The position numbers and the translations under genes are program-made. Shown here in pieces: positions 1 through 8,409 of a stretch of DNA of 37,563 nucleotides (positions within the stretch are counted from its first letter, which is position 1; every line of letters starts with the position of its first letter). The stretch lies in the IMG/VR virus record IMGVR_UViG_3300029537_000007, one strand, 5' to 3'. A model generated the notes under the pieces. It did not search any database. It saw nothing but the letters and a program-made list of their open reading frames with translations, and was not told where the DNA came from. This DNA comes from a virus.

Positions 1-99
1 GCCATCGGCTTCCAGCTTCCGTCCGCCTGTAACAGCTCTACCTCCACGGGCGTACTGTCCAGCGGCACAAGGGACATTTGATACACCTTATCATTTTCT
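1..99. repeat. Terminal overlap copy 1, identical to 37465..37563; marks a circularly closed or terminally redundant genome
   Basis: nt 1-99 (gccatcggcttccagc...ccttatcattttct) recur exactly as the last 99 nt of the window. Confidence 0.95.
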
Positions 100-596
100 G
101 TCCCGAGGAACTGCTCCCGGTATTTCGGAGATATCAAATTGGCGTTTTCATATTCTTCTCCGCCGATGTTTGGGGCGCGCGCGATGGTCAGCGTGGGAAT
201 GTATGCGTCCGCGTCCACCCGCGTCACGGCCGTGCCGTCGTAGCACAGCAGCGCCTTTCCGTCCGCGATGTACAGCTTTTCGCCAAATTCCCACGAGCGG
301 CTGCGCGCGTCGTTTGCGTCGGAATACACCACGGAATCGCCCTTGTACAGCTTTGTGCCCGCGTGTACCAGCGGGTCGTGTCCCATCAGCGCGTGATATC
401 CGTTGATTCGCCCGTCCAGCGTCCGCTTCACCTGCCATCCCATGCGCTTGCGCACCTTCCCGGGCACGTCGCGGATCATGTTCTCGCAGTCGGGCGAGCG
501 GTTTTCGTCCGCGTTGGCCGGGCTGTTCGTCAGGTCCGCGCCTAAAAAGGTATCAATTTTCACCTGGGACAGCGTGGGAGCCGACGCGCGCGGCAT
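1..596 (-). CDS. 5' part of a 613-aa nozzle/tail-hub-like virion protein that continues across the circular junction into 37464..36219
   Basis: ATG at 596 (MPRASAPTLSQVKIDTFLGADLTNSPANADENRSPDCENM...), 10 nt after the stop of the upstream gene. It is open to the window edge. The frame reads ...GTENDKVYQMSLVPLD, which is the start of track ORF 36219..37550. 497+1345 nt = 1842 nt = 613 codons plus stop. The ORF track missed it because it runs off the edge. Confidence 0.8.
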   Translation of the reverse strand, partial: MPRASAPTLSQVKIDTFLGADLTNSPANADENRSPDCENMIRDVPGKVRKRMGWQVKRTLDGRINGYHALMGHDPLVHAGTKLYKGDSVVYSDANDARSRSWEFGEKLYIADGKALLCYDGTAVTRVDADAYIPTLTIARAPNIGGEEYENANLISPKYREQFLGTENDKVYQMSLVPLDSTPVEVELLQADGSWKPM

Positions 597-606
597 ATTT
601 GTCTGT

Positions 607-1110
607 TTAAACATTGCAGCCACCCATTACAACCGCAGTTGGTCCATCTGTCATGCCGGAAAGGTTTGAAAGCTTGCCCTGATACTGCGCGTAAAAGCTC
701 TGGAAAAACCGCTGGTCGTATTCCATGCTCTGCGTCTGCGCCGCGACAAATAAAATCACGGCCAACACTGCTTCATCCGGCAAATCAAACTCCGTTTCAT
801 CCGGCGCATTGTCCGGAATGTCCGCCGGATACGCCTCATAGCGCAGCGTAAACGCATCCGGCAGCTGCGAATATTTTGTGTACGGATGTGCAATGCCGTC
901 TACGATCACGTAGCGCGGCTTATAGCAGTCCTGCGGCAGCGTTTTTTCATCTTCCGCTGTGTACATTTTTTCACGCCAGATGGGGTAATACAACGCTACC
1001 TCTTTCTGTCCCATGTCAAAAAAACGGTCCAGTTTCCCCGTCAAATCAACCTTTGGCTTTGTTTCGTCCAGCAGCTTTAAAACTTCACTCTTTGCATCGC
1101 CCAACATCAT
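607..1110 (-). CDS. Virion structural protein in the head-tail adaptor position
   Basis: Track ORF 607..1128 starts at TTG. GGAGG lies 11 nt upstream of ATGATG at 1110. It sits between the capsid genes and the nozzle-like gene. Confidence 0.55.
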   Translation of the reverse strand: MMLGDAKSEVLKLLDETKPKVDLTGKLDRFFDMGQKEVALYYPIWREKMYTAEDEKTLPQDCYKPRYVIVDGIAHPYTKYSQLPDAFTLRYEAYPADIPDNAPDETEFDLPDEAVLAVILFVAAQTQSMEYDQRFFQSFYAQYQGKLSNLSGMTDGPTAVVMGGCNV

Positions 1111-1171
1111 GTTTATTGTCGCCTCCAATTCACGAGCGCAGGAATCGAACCCGCATGTTCCATTCTCGTGT

Positions 1172-1192
1172 CAAAAGGGGGCTTTCGCCCCC
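1172..1192 (-). terminator. Rho-independent terminator or attenuator after the capsid-proximal 111-aa gene
   Basis: On the minus strand GGGGGC-GAAA-GCCCCC is followed by UUUU, directly after the stop at 1204. Confidence 0.6.
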
Positions 1193-1203
1193 TCACGGGC
1201 CAT

Positions 1204-1539
1204 TTAAGGAAGCAGCAATGCCGCCGCCTTCATGGTCGCCGCGCCTGTAACAATGACCTTGCCCGCCTTTTTAAACGCGCCGGATTCCAGCACCACGGCC
1301 TTGGTCTTGCCGTTCGCCACGTTCACCACAAGGTCCGCGACGCCCTGAATGCCATTTCCGGCTTTGAATGTTACGTCCCCGGCGCTGGAGCCGCTGTTTT
1401 CAATCAGGATCACGATTTTTGTATCCTGTTCATCAAACTGAATCTCCGCCCCGGCCGTGCCGTCCAGGGCAGCCGCAGCGGGCAGCTCCACCCCGCCGTT
1501 CAAGGGGATTTTTGTCAAAGCAATTGCAGTTGCAGCCAT
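1204..1539 (-). CDS. Small beta-rich virion protein (possible head decoration or accessory protein)
   Basis: 111-aa ORF immediately downstream of the capsid gene and followed by a terminator. No motif recognised. Confidence 0.55.
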   Translation of the reverse strand: MAATAIALTKIPLNGGVELPAAAALDGTAGAEIQFDEQDTKIVILIENSGSSAGDVTFKAGNGIQGVADLVVNVANGKTKAVVLESGAFKKAGKVIVTGAATMKAAALLLP

Positions 1540-1558
1540 GTTTCAAAACTCCTTTCCA

Positions 1559-2395
1559 TTAAGCCCCGGCCTTGCAGTTCAGCACCACAAGCTCCTTGGG
1601 CCGCACGATTTTCGCCTGATACAGCACAAAACCCTTCACCGCGTCGGAGAAGCCCTTCTCCGGGCGGTACGCCTCCACGTGCGTCATCGGGTTCACAAAC
1701 GCCACTGCCTTGTCCGTGTGCACCGTAATAAGGCTGTTTGCGCTGGAATCCACGGCGACGTTGTTGCTCATCTTTACAATAACGTTGCCGTACTTGCCCA
1801 CGCGGCCGTTCTCCAGCATTTTGCTGTTGTCGGTGTCCAGCGCCGTATATGCCTGCTTCAGGCGCATGTAGAACCAGGGCGGCACCTCCATCATGATTTT
1901 GCCGTTGGGCTTCACGTTGTTGCCGTACAGCTTTTCCAGCGCCTTGTCGATCTCCTCCAGCACGTTGCTTTTGGTGATAGATGTTGCGCTGGACGCGTAC
2001 TTCACCGCCTCGCGCGTTGCCGCCATGCCGGCAATGTGCTTGTCCATCTCGTCCGCAAGGCCGTAAGTCGCCTCCTTGTTCAGCGCCTCCATCACGCCGC
2101 CCACAGCCTGCCGCTTGTCGATATCGTCTACCTTGTAGTTGAAATAGCTGATCTGTCTGATGGCAAGTGTCACGCTGGTGTCATCCACGTTTTCAGGGTC
2201 GCTCAGTGTGATCGCCTTGTCAGTGGTTGTGGTGATGGTGGGCTTTCCCACTCCAAGGATGCGTACCGTGTCTCCCATCGCCTTTACTTCGCCCTCATAC
2301 TGGCGGTTGCAGCCCTCTGCATATACGAGCGCTTTTTCCAGCTCCCGGTTGATCGCCTCCGCCCATACGGTGGGAATAAAATTCTGATATGCCAT
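1559..2395 (-). CDS. Major capsid protein
   Basis: 278-aa ORF after the scaffold-like gene with an AAGGAGGAG RBS. The N-terminus MAYQNFIPTVWAEAINRELEKALV resembles the start of many phage major capsid proteins. Portal-scaffold-capsid synteny. Confidence 0.75.
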   Translation of the reverse strand: MAYQNFIPTVWAEAINRELEKALVYAEGCNRQYEGEVKAMGDTVRILGVGKPTITTTTDKAITLSDPENVDDTSVTLAIRQISYFNYKVDDIDKRQAVGGVMEALNKEATYGLADEMDKHIAGMAATREAVKYASSATSITKSNVLEEIDKALEKLYGNNVKPNGKIMMEVPPWFYMRLKQAYTALDTDNSKMLENGRVGKYGNVIVKMSNNVAVDSSANSLITVHTDKAVAFVNPMTHVEAYRPEKGFSDAVKGFVLYQAKIVRPKELVVLNCKAGA

Positions 2396-2412
2396 AGTTT
2401 AAAACTCCTCCT

Positions 2413-3195
2413 TTACTTCCATGTTCCCATGGATTTTCTGATTTTTTCGTAATTTTTGCTTACCGTCGCCTGGTCCATCGCTGCCACTTCTTCGCGCGTG
2501 AAGAACTCTTTTTCTCCGGAAGATGTCGGCTTTACATCTCCCATACTGGGCGGGTTCTGCGTGCTGCGCGCTTTTTCGGCCCGGATGGCCTCATAGGCCA
2601 CAAGCGGTTTGATGCCGCTCGCGCACAGCTTCAAAAATTCAACGCCCAGCTCGTCCACGCTTTTGGCTTTCTCGTCCGGGTATGCTTTTCGGATGGCTTT
2701 CAGATCATTTGAAAACTGCTCCTGTGCTTCCCGTTGCCGATGTCGCTGCAATTCTTCTGCCTGCGCCCGAATCTCCGGGTCTGTGGCTTTAATCTGCTCA
2801 CGAAGCTGCGCTTCAAGCTGCTTGAAAGCCTCCGGCTCCATCTGCGCAGCCTGTGCGCGCTGGCGTGTTGCCATTTCGTCGCGCCACGCGACAAATTCCG
2901 CCTTGGATGCAAACGGCTTTCCGGTATTCGGGTTGACCGCGTCTCCTACGAGTTCGTGGAAAATCTGTTCTTCCCGCTGCTGTGCCTCCTGCTGGCGGCG
3001 CATGGCGGCAAACCTTGCGTTTTCTTCCGGAGATTGCGGCTGTTTGGCGGGTTCAGCCTCGTTTGCGCCTGTTTCATTCTCCACCGAAGTTTCAGGCTTG
3101 GATGCCGCTGCGTTTTCTTCTGCGGCAACGGCTTCTGCGTCAGGCACGGCGCTTTCCTGTACCTGCGCTTCTGTAGTGTTCATGTTCTCGTCCAT
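2413..3195 (-). CDS. Scaffolding protein
   Basis: 260 aa, strongly E/Q/A/K-rich and predicted helical, located between portal and capsid. Confidence 0.65.
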   Translation of the reverse strand: MDENMNTTEAQVQESAVPDAEAVAAEENAAASKPETSVENETGANEAEPAKQPQSPEENARFAAMRRQQEAQQREEQIFHELVGDAVNPNTGKPFASKAEFVAWRDEMATRQRAQAAQMEPEAFKQLEAQLREQIKATDPEIRAQAEELQRHRQREAQEQFSNDLKAIRKAYPDEKAKSVDELGVEFLKLCASGIKPLVAYEAIRAEKARSTQNPPSMGDVKPTSSGEKEFFTREEVAAMDQATVSKNYEKIRKSMGTWK

Positions 3196-3265
3196 TTTTC
3201 TCCTTTTTACGCTTGGAAAGCGATTGGATTTTTCCGCGTTGCCTGCGAATTATTTGAAGCGCGGG

Positions 3266-3463
3266 CTATTCGCCCGGCTCGCCTCCGATTAGATACGCCC
3301 GCCGCTGCTCCACGATTTTACCGTGGTTCGCACATTGCGCGTTCGTGCAGGTAAGGTCCTGCTCTATGTATACTTTGGTAGCGGTGTCCGGGCTGTTGTC
3401 GCCCTCGGCTTTTGTTCGGCTGCCGGAAATGCGCATCTCCGTTTTACACAATGGGCATAGCAT
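3266..3463 (-). CDS. Small zinc-ribbon protein
   Basis: 65 aa with CPLC...CTNAQC pairs; overlaps the portal stop by 20 nt. Confidence 0.5.
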   Translation of the reverse strand: MLCPLCKTEMRISGSRTKAEGDNSPDTATKVYIEQDLTCTNAQCANHGKIVEQRRAYLIGGEPGE

Positions 3464-5120
3464 TTTGCATCATCCCCTCTCCTGCCGTCATTACAGGAGA
3501 TGCGGTTGCAACTCCCTGTGCGCCCATTCCCGTGCCGGGCATACCATTCGGCACGCCCATAGCAAGCATCGCCTGCGCGGCCTCCTGCTGCGCCTGTGCG
3601 CGCCTGTCCAAAATGGCCTGGAACTTGTCCTTCGGCACGCCGGAATTGTCGTCCAGCGCCTCCACGTATTCCTCAAATGTGATATGCTGCTGCGCCAGCG
3701 CATTTTCCAGCGAAAGCTCACGGGAAAGCACGCTGTACGGGTCGATGGGCGAAATGTCGATTTTGATATCAATGTCCAGATTTTGAAGGTCAGCGTTTGA
3801 AATCAAAACGCCGTTGTCCAGTTTCAATCCTTGTACAGAATACGCCACCCACAGCTTGTACCAGATCATCGCCAGGTCTTCCACGAACTGCTTATATGCC
3901 GCGCTCTGTTCGTTCAGGTTCATGGCGCTCTGGTCGCGGGCCGCCTTGATGGCCTCGCCGCTGGTTTTTGTCGGGTCTACCTGTCCAGTGGCTGATTCAC
4001 TCGCTCCTTCAAGCTCCCGGCTCGTGCCCACAAGCTCGGCCTGTAAATTCGCAGCATCGCCGCTGATGGGCGCGGGGTTCAGATACTGCACAAAGCTGCC
4101 CACCGGGTTCGCGTTCAGGTTTTTCACACCGATGCTTGCCCCCACTGTGCCCAGGCTCTCCGGCTGCAGCAGCTTGTCCTGGTCGTACACCACCGTGGGA
4201 AAGCTGTACCGCTTCACGCAGATGGCCCGCCGCGCCAGCGTGCGGTTCACCTCGATCTGGTTCGGAATCAGCGTTTCCACAACGCCCACGCCCCGGGCGC
4301 TGCCCATTTTTTCTTCCCAGCGCATGCCGCACACCGGGTAAACGTCCAAACCGTTGATTTTCTCCATGGGCCGGTAAATAACGGTCTCCGTTGAACGGCA
4401 GAACTCCATGCCATCTGTTGTCTTGCGCATGAACAACAGGCTTGTGCATTTCCCGTTGTCCGTCTGCACCTCGTCGGCACTCGTAACGCCTAACTGCGTT
4501 TCGTCCGCTTCATCGGATACGATCATACGGATATCCGCTTCGTTTATCCCATTTTCCTTCGCCTGTTTACGCACGCTGTCCACAGGCACGCGCTCGGCAA
4601 TGATAATCCATTCCTGTTCTTCCAGGTTCGGCTCCTGCTCGTTGGCTAAATACAGCGAAGTCTTATCAATCAGCCTCATTTTCAGCCGTGGCGTCATGTC
4701 TGTTACTACGCTGTTGCTCGGCTTTCGGTCATCAAAGCAGTACAGATAATGATCTCCCGTGATGCAAGCATTTTTCACAACGGCCCATTTCTTGCTGTCC
4801 AGTTTGCCCTTTTCCCACTGCGCCGCCGCGAACTCCGTCAATGCGTCGCAAATCTCGGCTTTCTGCGGGTCGTCATCCATTGGAGAAAATATGATCGCCG
4901 TATCGTTCATCGCTACCATGGCAATTTTGTACCGGCAGATGGGCTTGATAAAGTTCAGAACCGGTAATTCCTCATCTCCGGATTGCAGCCCGTGCCACTG
5001 GTCGCCCTCGTAAAAACGGTGGCATTTTTCCGTCAGCGTGTACATGTTCGCTTTGTTGTGATGGTCCTTGCCCGCCTGGTACTTGCGCCAGATGTCCGTA
5101 CACTCTTTTTCCTGCATCAT
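3444..5120 (-). CDS. Portal protein
   Basis: 558-aa ORF downstream of the large terminase; size, position and acidic/helical character are typical of portals. Confidence 0.8.
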   Translation of the reverse strand: MMQEKECTDIWRKYQAGKDHHNKANMYTLTEKCHRFYEGDQWHGLQSGDEELPVLNFIKPICRYKIAMVAMNDTAIIFSPMDDDPQKAEICDALTEFAAAQWEKGKLDSKKWAVVKNACITGDHYLYCFDDRKPSNSVVTDMTPRLKMRLIDKTSLYLANEQEPNLEEQEWIIIAERVPVDSVRKQAKENGINEADIRMIVSDEADETQLGVTSADEVQTDNGKCTSLLFMRKTTDGMEFCRSTETVIYRPMEKINGLDVYPVCGMRWEEKMGSARGVGVVETLIPNQIEVNRTLARRAICVKRYSFPTVVYDQDKLLQPESLGTVGASIGVKNLNANPVGSFVQYLNPAPISGDAANLQAELVGTSRELEGASESATGQVDPTKTSGEAIKAARDQSAMNLNEQSAAYKQFVEDLAMIWYKLWVAYSVQGLKLDNGVLISNADLQNLDIDIKIDISPIDPYSVLSRELSLENALAQQHITFEEYVEALDDNSGVPKDKFQAILDRRAQAQQEAAQAMLAMGVPNGMPGTGMGAQGVATASPVMTAGEGMMQNAMPIV

Positions 5121-5356
5121 TTAACCACCCTCTGGCCTTTCCCGGTCCCGTCATATGCATCGATGTTCGCCAGAATCGTGTCATATTTGTCCGTGCGCTT
5201 TACCGTAGCTTTTACAGGCATCTTCGCAGGCTCCGGAGCTATTCCTTCCTGCACATGCATACCGTCCCGCAGCCCGAGGCGGTAGCAGTATACGCACAGC
5301 GCCGCCATACCGCATACCGCCAGCGCCAGAACAAACGTTAAAATGTCAGATAACAT
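5117..5356 (-). CDS. Small membrane protein
   Basis: 79 aa with an N-terminal hydrophobic helix (ILTFVLALAVCGMAALCVYCY); overlaps both the terL end and the portal start. Confidence 0.5.
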   Translation of the reverse strand: MLSDILTFVLALAVCGMAALCVYCYRLGLRDGMHVQEGIAPEPAKMPVKATVKRTDKYDTILANIDAYDGTGKGQRVVK

Positions 5357-6728
5357 GATATTTCCCTCCTTGCCCCAGCGGTCCCGCCGTTGGCTTCTTT
5401 ATGCTGAAATCATCCCGCAGGATATCGTGTGTCTGTTTTTGGGGAGCCTGCGCCGCTGTGCTCCAATAGGTGCAGAACCCACGCAGCGCATCCGGTGCAT
5501 GCGTCAGCTCATGCGGCTCATTTGCCACATCCTCCGGCTTTTTCTCGTCATGCTGTACAGCCGGAAGCGTGCGAATGAGATTTATACAGGTGTCGAAGAT
5601 GCGCAGCCCCGGAGACGTTCCGCCCTGCTCGTCCGGCCGCAAAGCCAGAAATTCCCGCACCGCCAGCCATCCAGCCACACGGTCGTTCCCGGTCTTTGTC
5701 AGTGCGACGCCATTCTCAAAAAATATTTCCGCCGCGCTTTTCCCCGTGTCCTGCCTTCGGTTCCACAGGTCCGGCGGTGCCAGCCATGTGTATATATCGT
5801 CATCACCGTTTACCTCCAGCATCCGCCGCGCCGCCTCGCTGATGATGTGGCCCTGTTTATTGGCTCCCTTGCCATTGTCCCGGCCCTCGTATAGCTCCTT
5901 ATACACCACGGCGCGCCCCTGCTCGTCCACAGCCATCCAAAGCGCCGCAAGCATGTCCATGCCGTAATCCAGCGTCACATAACGCCGCCAGTGCGCCGGT
6001 ATGCCGTGCGGCCTGCACACATGGATATCGCGGTCAAACTCCGCGAAATACTGGCCCTCGAAGATGTCCCACTGTCCCAGCAGCCACGCCTTGCGCTGTT
6101 CCTCCGGCAGATTTTCCAGCATCCGCACATAGTCCGGGTCATGTTCCATCAGCGCGTGGTTGTCATATACGTTTGCGGCTATGAACAAGTAATCCTCCGG
6201 GCGTTCCGACGCTTTGTACTGCTTGTCAATAAACAGCCGTTTCACCCAAGTGTGCCCCACGCCGCCGGGGTTGCAGGTCAGATAAAAGCGCTTTGGGAAG
6301 TCGTTGGCTCCGCGCAGGCATGCCGTCAGCGTGGTGAACTGGAACTCCGTGAACTGCGTGGCCTCGTCCATAAAAATAACGTCGTACTCCTGCCCCTGGT
6401 ATTGCAGCACGTCCGCCTCGCTGTCGCAGTATCCAAATACGATGCGGCTGCCATTGGGAAACGTGAAGGATTTGTCCATGTCCCGATACCGCGCAATCCC
6501 CATTAAGTCGGCAATCATTGGCAAAATGTGGTTTTCCCGCAACTCCGGGAACGTGCGGCGCAAAATCAAAATGCTGATCCCGTTATAAGACAGTGCAAGC
6601 CCGGCAGACTTTTTGCGCACCGCCCAGCTTTTGCCGCCACCGCGCGCCCCTCCATATGCCACAAACCTTGTGCGCGCTTTAAAAAAAGCAATCTGTTTTG
6701 TGTTTGGCTTTCCAATATTCCATTGCAT
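5346..6728 (-). CDS. terL: Terminase large subunit
   Basis: 460 aa with Walker A YGGARGGGKSWA, Walker B-like VIFMDEA and a C-terminal nuclease-like half; start overlaps the terS stop. Confidence 0.9.
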   Translation of the reverse strand: MQWNIGKPNTKQIAFFKARTRFVAYGGARGGGKSWAVRKKSAGLALSYNGISILILRRTFPELRENHILPMIADLMGIARYRDMDKSFTFPNGSRIVFGYCDSEADVLQYQGQEYDVIFMDEATQFTEFQFTTLTACLRGANDFPKRFYLTCNPGGVGHTWVKRLFIDKQYKASERPEDYLFIAANVYDNHALMEHDPDYVRMLENLPEEQRKAWLLGQWDIFEGQYFAEFDRDIHVCRPHGIPAHWRRYVTLDYGMDMLAALWMAVDEQGRAVVYKELYEGRDNGKGANKQGHIISEAARRMLEVNGDDDIYTWLAPPDLWNRRQDTGKSAAEIFFENGVALTKTGNDRVAGWLAVREFLALRPDEQGGTSPGLRIFDTCINLIRTLPAVQHDEKKPEDVANEPHELTHAPDALRGFCTYWSTAAQAPQKQTHDILRDDFSIKKPTAGPLGQGGKYHVI

Positions 6729-7048
6729 CAGCCCATCAGCTCCCGCGCTTCATCGGACATCACGATTTGCAGCGTCGCGTCAAGGTTCCCGTCAATTGGC
6801 TGTGTAGCCTTACCGTACACCCTGTCAATCACTGTCTTTGCCGCGTCCATCCGCAGCGCCAGCGGAGCGTCCTCGTCATCTATTGTTTTGATGAGCAGCT
6901 TTGCGGCGGCAGGCGTTGCGGCTTTGAACATGTCCCGCACATCCGGCGGAATTTTAGGCCGCCCCCTCGGGTTTCCGCTTTTTCCCTTTTCAAACGGCTT
7001 CCCCGGTACGCTCTTCTTTGCTGTTTTCGTGCTGTTAGCAGCAGCCAT
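6728..7048 (-). CDS. terS: Terminase small subunit candidate
   Basis: 106 aa containing GKSGNPRGRPKIPPDV, the GNPxGRP motif common in small terminases; immediately upstream of terL. Confidence 0.6.
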   Translation of the reverse strand: MAAANSTKTAKKSVPGKPFEKGKSGNPRGRPKIPPDVRDMFKAATPAAAKLLIKTIDDEDAPLALRMDAAKTVIDRVYGKATQPIDGNLDATLQIVMSDEARELMG

Positions 7049-7068
7049 CCGCCCACCCCCTTTCAGGC

Positions 7069-7103
7069 ATAAAAAATAGGCCCAGGGTTTCCCCTAAGCC
7101 TAT
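7069..7103 (-). terminator. Strong rho-independent terminator between the early block and the packaging/late operon
   Basis: On the minus strand ATAGGCTTAGGG-GAAA-CCCTGGGCCTAT forms a 12-bp stem (2 G.U pairs) with a GAAA tetraloop, followed by UUUUUAU. Confidence 0.65.
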
Positions 7104-7143
7104 CGTATCAAAAAAGCAGTTGGATTTTGGGCACACTTTTCGT

Positions 7144-7452
7144 CTATATCAAATTCAATTCTTTTGCCAATGCCCAACAAAATTTCCGTTTTTCTTTGTA
7201 AAAAGTCCTGCGGCTTACCGCAAACCCGTAATGCGCCTCCAGAAAGTCATACGGCCAGTCCTTTTGATTGATGATGGATAACTTCACCGCGGCTATAAGC
7301 GCCCTGCGCGCCGCGAAGGCATCATTATCAAAGCTTTGCCCAACGCTTTCCTCCGCACGCGCCACAGCTTGCTTATATCGGTCTGGCAGCACATCCAGCG
7401 CCTCAACAACTCCCGCGCACGCGCGCACGATTCCATGCGGTAAATCATACAT
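7144..7452 (-). CDS. Possible late-gene transcriptional activator (RinA/ArpU-like position)
   Basis: The start is refined to ATG 7452: GGAGGG lies 8 nt upstream and TGATG overlaps the upstream stop. The C-terminal segment GFAVSRRTFYKEKRKFCWALAKELNL looks HTH-like. It is the last gene before the terminator and terS. Confidence 0.4.
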   Translation of the reverse strand: MYDLPHGIVRACAGVVEALDVLPDRYKQAVARAEESVGQSFDNDAFAARRALIAAVKLSIINQKDWPYDFLEAHYGFAVSRRTFYKEKRKFCWALAKELNLI

Positions 7453-7769
7453 CAGATAAACCCTCCACGAATCGCCACATATTTTCCATAACTGATTGGG
7501 CATTCTCCGCGCTTACGGCGCTCGTTGTTATATGTATTCAGCTCCCTTAAAAATGAACCGAGCTTGTCCCGCTCCCTTATTTTCTCGGCTTTTCTTTTCA
7601 ATTTTAGTTGTTCTTGTGCTATTTTTTGATTTTCCATTCTCACTTTTTTAGCACATGAATCACAATATTTCCGAGACGAGTTCGGTCTCTTCAATATCAT
7701 CGGAGCACCACACACTTCACACTGTCGCTCAATCATCATCGCACCTCCATTATTCGCTTGCTTCGTCAT
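7452..7769 (-). CDS. Zinc-finger protein, function unknown
   Basis: 105 aa with CEVCG...CDSC followed by a K/E-rich helix. Confidence 0.5.
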   Translation of the reverse strand: MTKQANNGGAMMIERQCEVCGAPMILKRPNSSRKYCDSCAKKVRMENQKIAQEQLKLKRKAEKIRERDKLGSFLRELNTYNNERRKRGECPISYGKYVAIRGGFI

Positions 7770-8022
7770 TCAAAGCATCTTTCAGTGCATCGGTATTTGC
7801 CAGTAAAATATGCATAACAACATCTGACAGTATGTGCGCAGCGGCAGCAGACTTATCGAAAGCCTGCATATTGTAATAACCGATTACTGTGTCGGTTGCA
7901 TCATCTGATAAGCCAACCATCGCAATTTTATTTATTCTACGCTTTGCAAACTCATGCAGTGCTTCTGTAACCATCTCACTGTATGGTTGCGTCATATCAT
8001 TGCTTATGATAATCGTGCTCAT
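7750..8022 (-). CDS. Hypothetical protein
   Basis: 90-aa ORF on the operon strand with GGGAGG upstream of the ATG. Confidence 0.5.
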   Translation of the reverse strand: MSTIIISNDMTQPYSEMVTEALHEFAKRRINKIAMVGLSDDATDTVIGYYNMQAFDKSAAAAHILSDVVMHILLANTDALKDALNDEASE

Positions 8023-8128
8023 TATCGCACCTCCCTGAAATCACTAGACACGCCCACATAACAATAGGGCAGGACAGAAGCAATACAATTCCCACAGCCT
8101 TTACGAAAGCTATGATTATTTCGAGCAT
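7997..8128 (-). CDS. Unlisted 43-aa single-pass membrane peptide
   Basis: Hand translation gives MLEIIIAFVKAVGIVLLLSCPIVMWACLVISGRCDNEHDYHKQ*. AAGGAGG lies 7 nt upstream of the ATG. It fills the 8022-8116 gap and is below the ORF-track size cutoff. Confidence 0.3.
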   Translation of the reverse strand: MLEIIIAFVKAVGIVLLLSCPIVMWACLVISGRCDNEHDYHKQ

Positions 8129-8409
8129 GCCGGGGCCTCCTTGAGCCTGTTTTCAAGTCTGCGCACTTTGTATTGCCTGCGGTTTTCCACAGCGTCAAAG
8201 CACTCGTACATCATGCAAAGCTGTTCCAGCATGATGGATACGTCCGCAATTTCGTCAACGATGGCGTCAGTGGCCGCTGGCTTTTCGTTCACGCCGGCGC
8301 GACGCATTTTACAAATCGCCTTTATGAGTTCGCTCATTTCTTCAATGGCTACATCTTCTTGAGCTGTCTGGCCGTATGTAAGAATTGCCTTTTCAAATAC
8401 TTCCTTCAT
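8116..8409 (-). CDS. MazG-like all-alpha NTP pyrophosphohydrolase
   Basis: 97 aa with paired acidic motifs AIEEMSEL and VDEIADV, the EExxE...DExxD pattern of the MazG family. Confidence 0.55.
   Translation of the reverse strand: MKEVFEKAILTYGQTAQEDVAIEEMSELIKAICKMRRAGVNEKPAATDAIVDEIADVSIMLEQLCMMYECFDAVENRRQYKVRRLENRLKEAPACSK

Noticed and set aside
1-99. The terminal repeat as IS/transposon ends or LTR-like elements
   Set aside because: The copies are direct, exact and exactly at the window ends, and a single ORF reads through the join. The simplest explanation is a circular-assembly overlap or terminal redundancy.
78-545. Track ORFs 78..545 (+), 148..438 (-), 170..406 (+) and 403..669 (+) at the window start
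   Set aside because: All are off-frame, Arg/Pro-rich products. The real coding frame here is the unlisted minus-strand frame from ATG 596 that runs off the window edge and continues at 37464.
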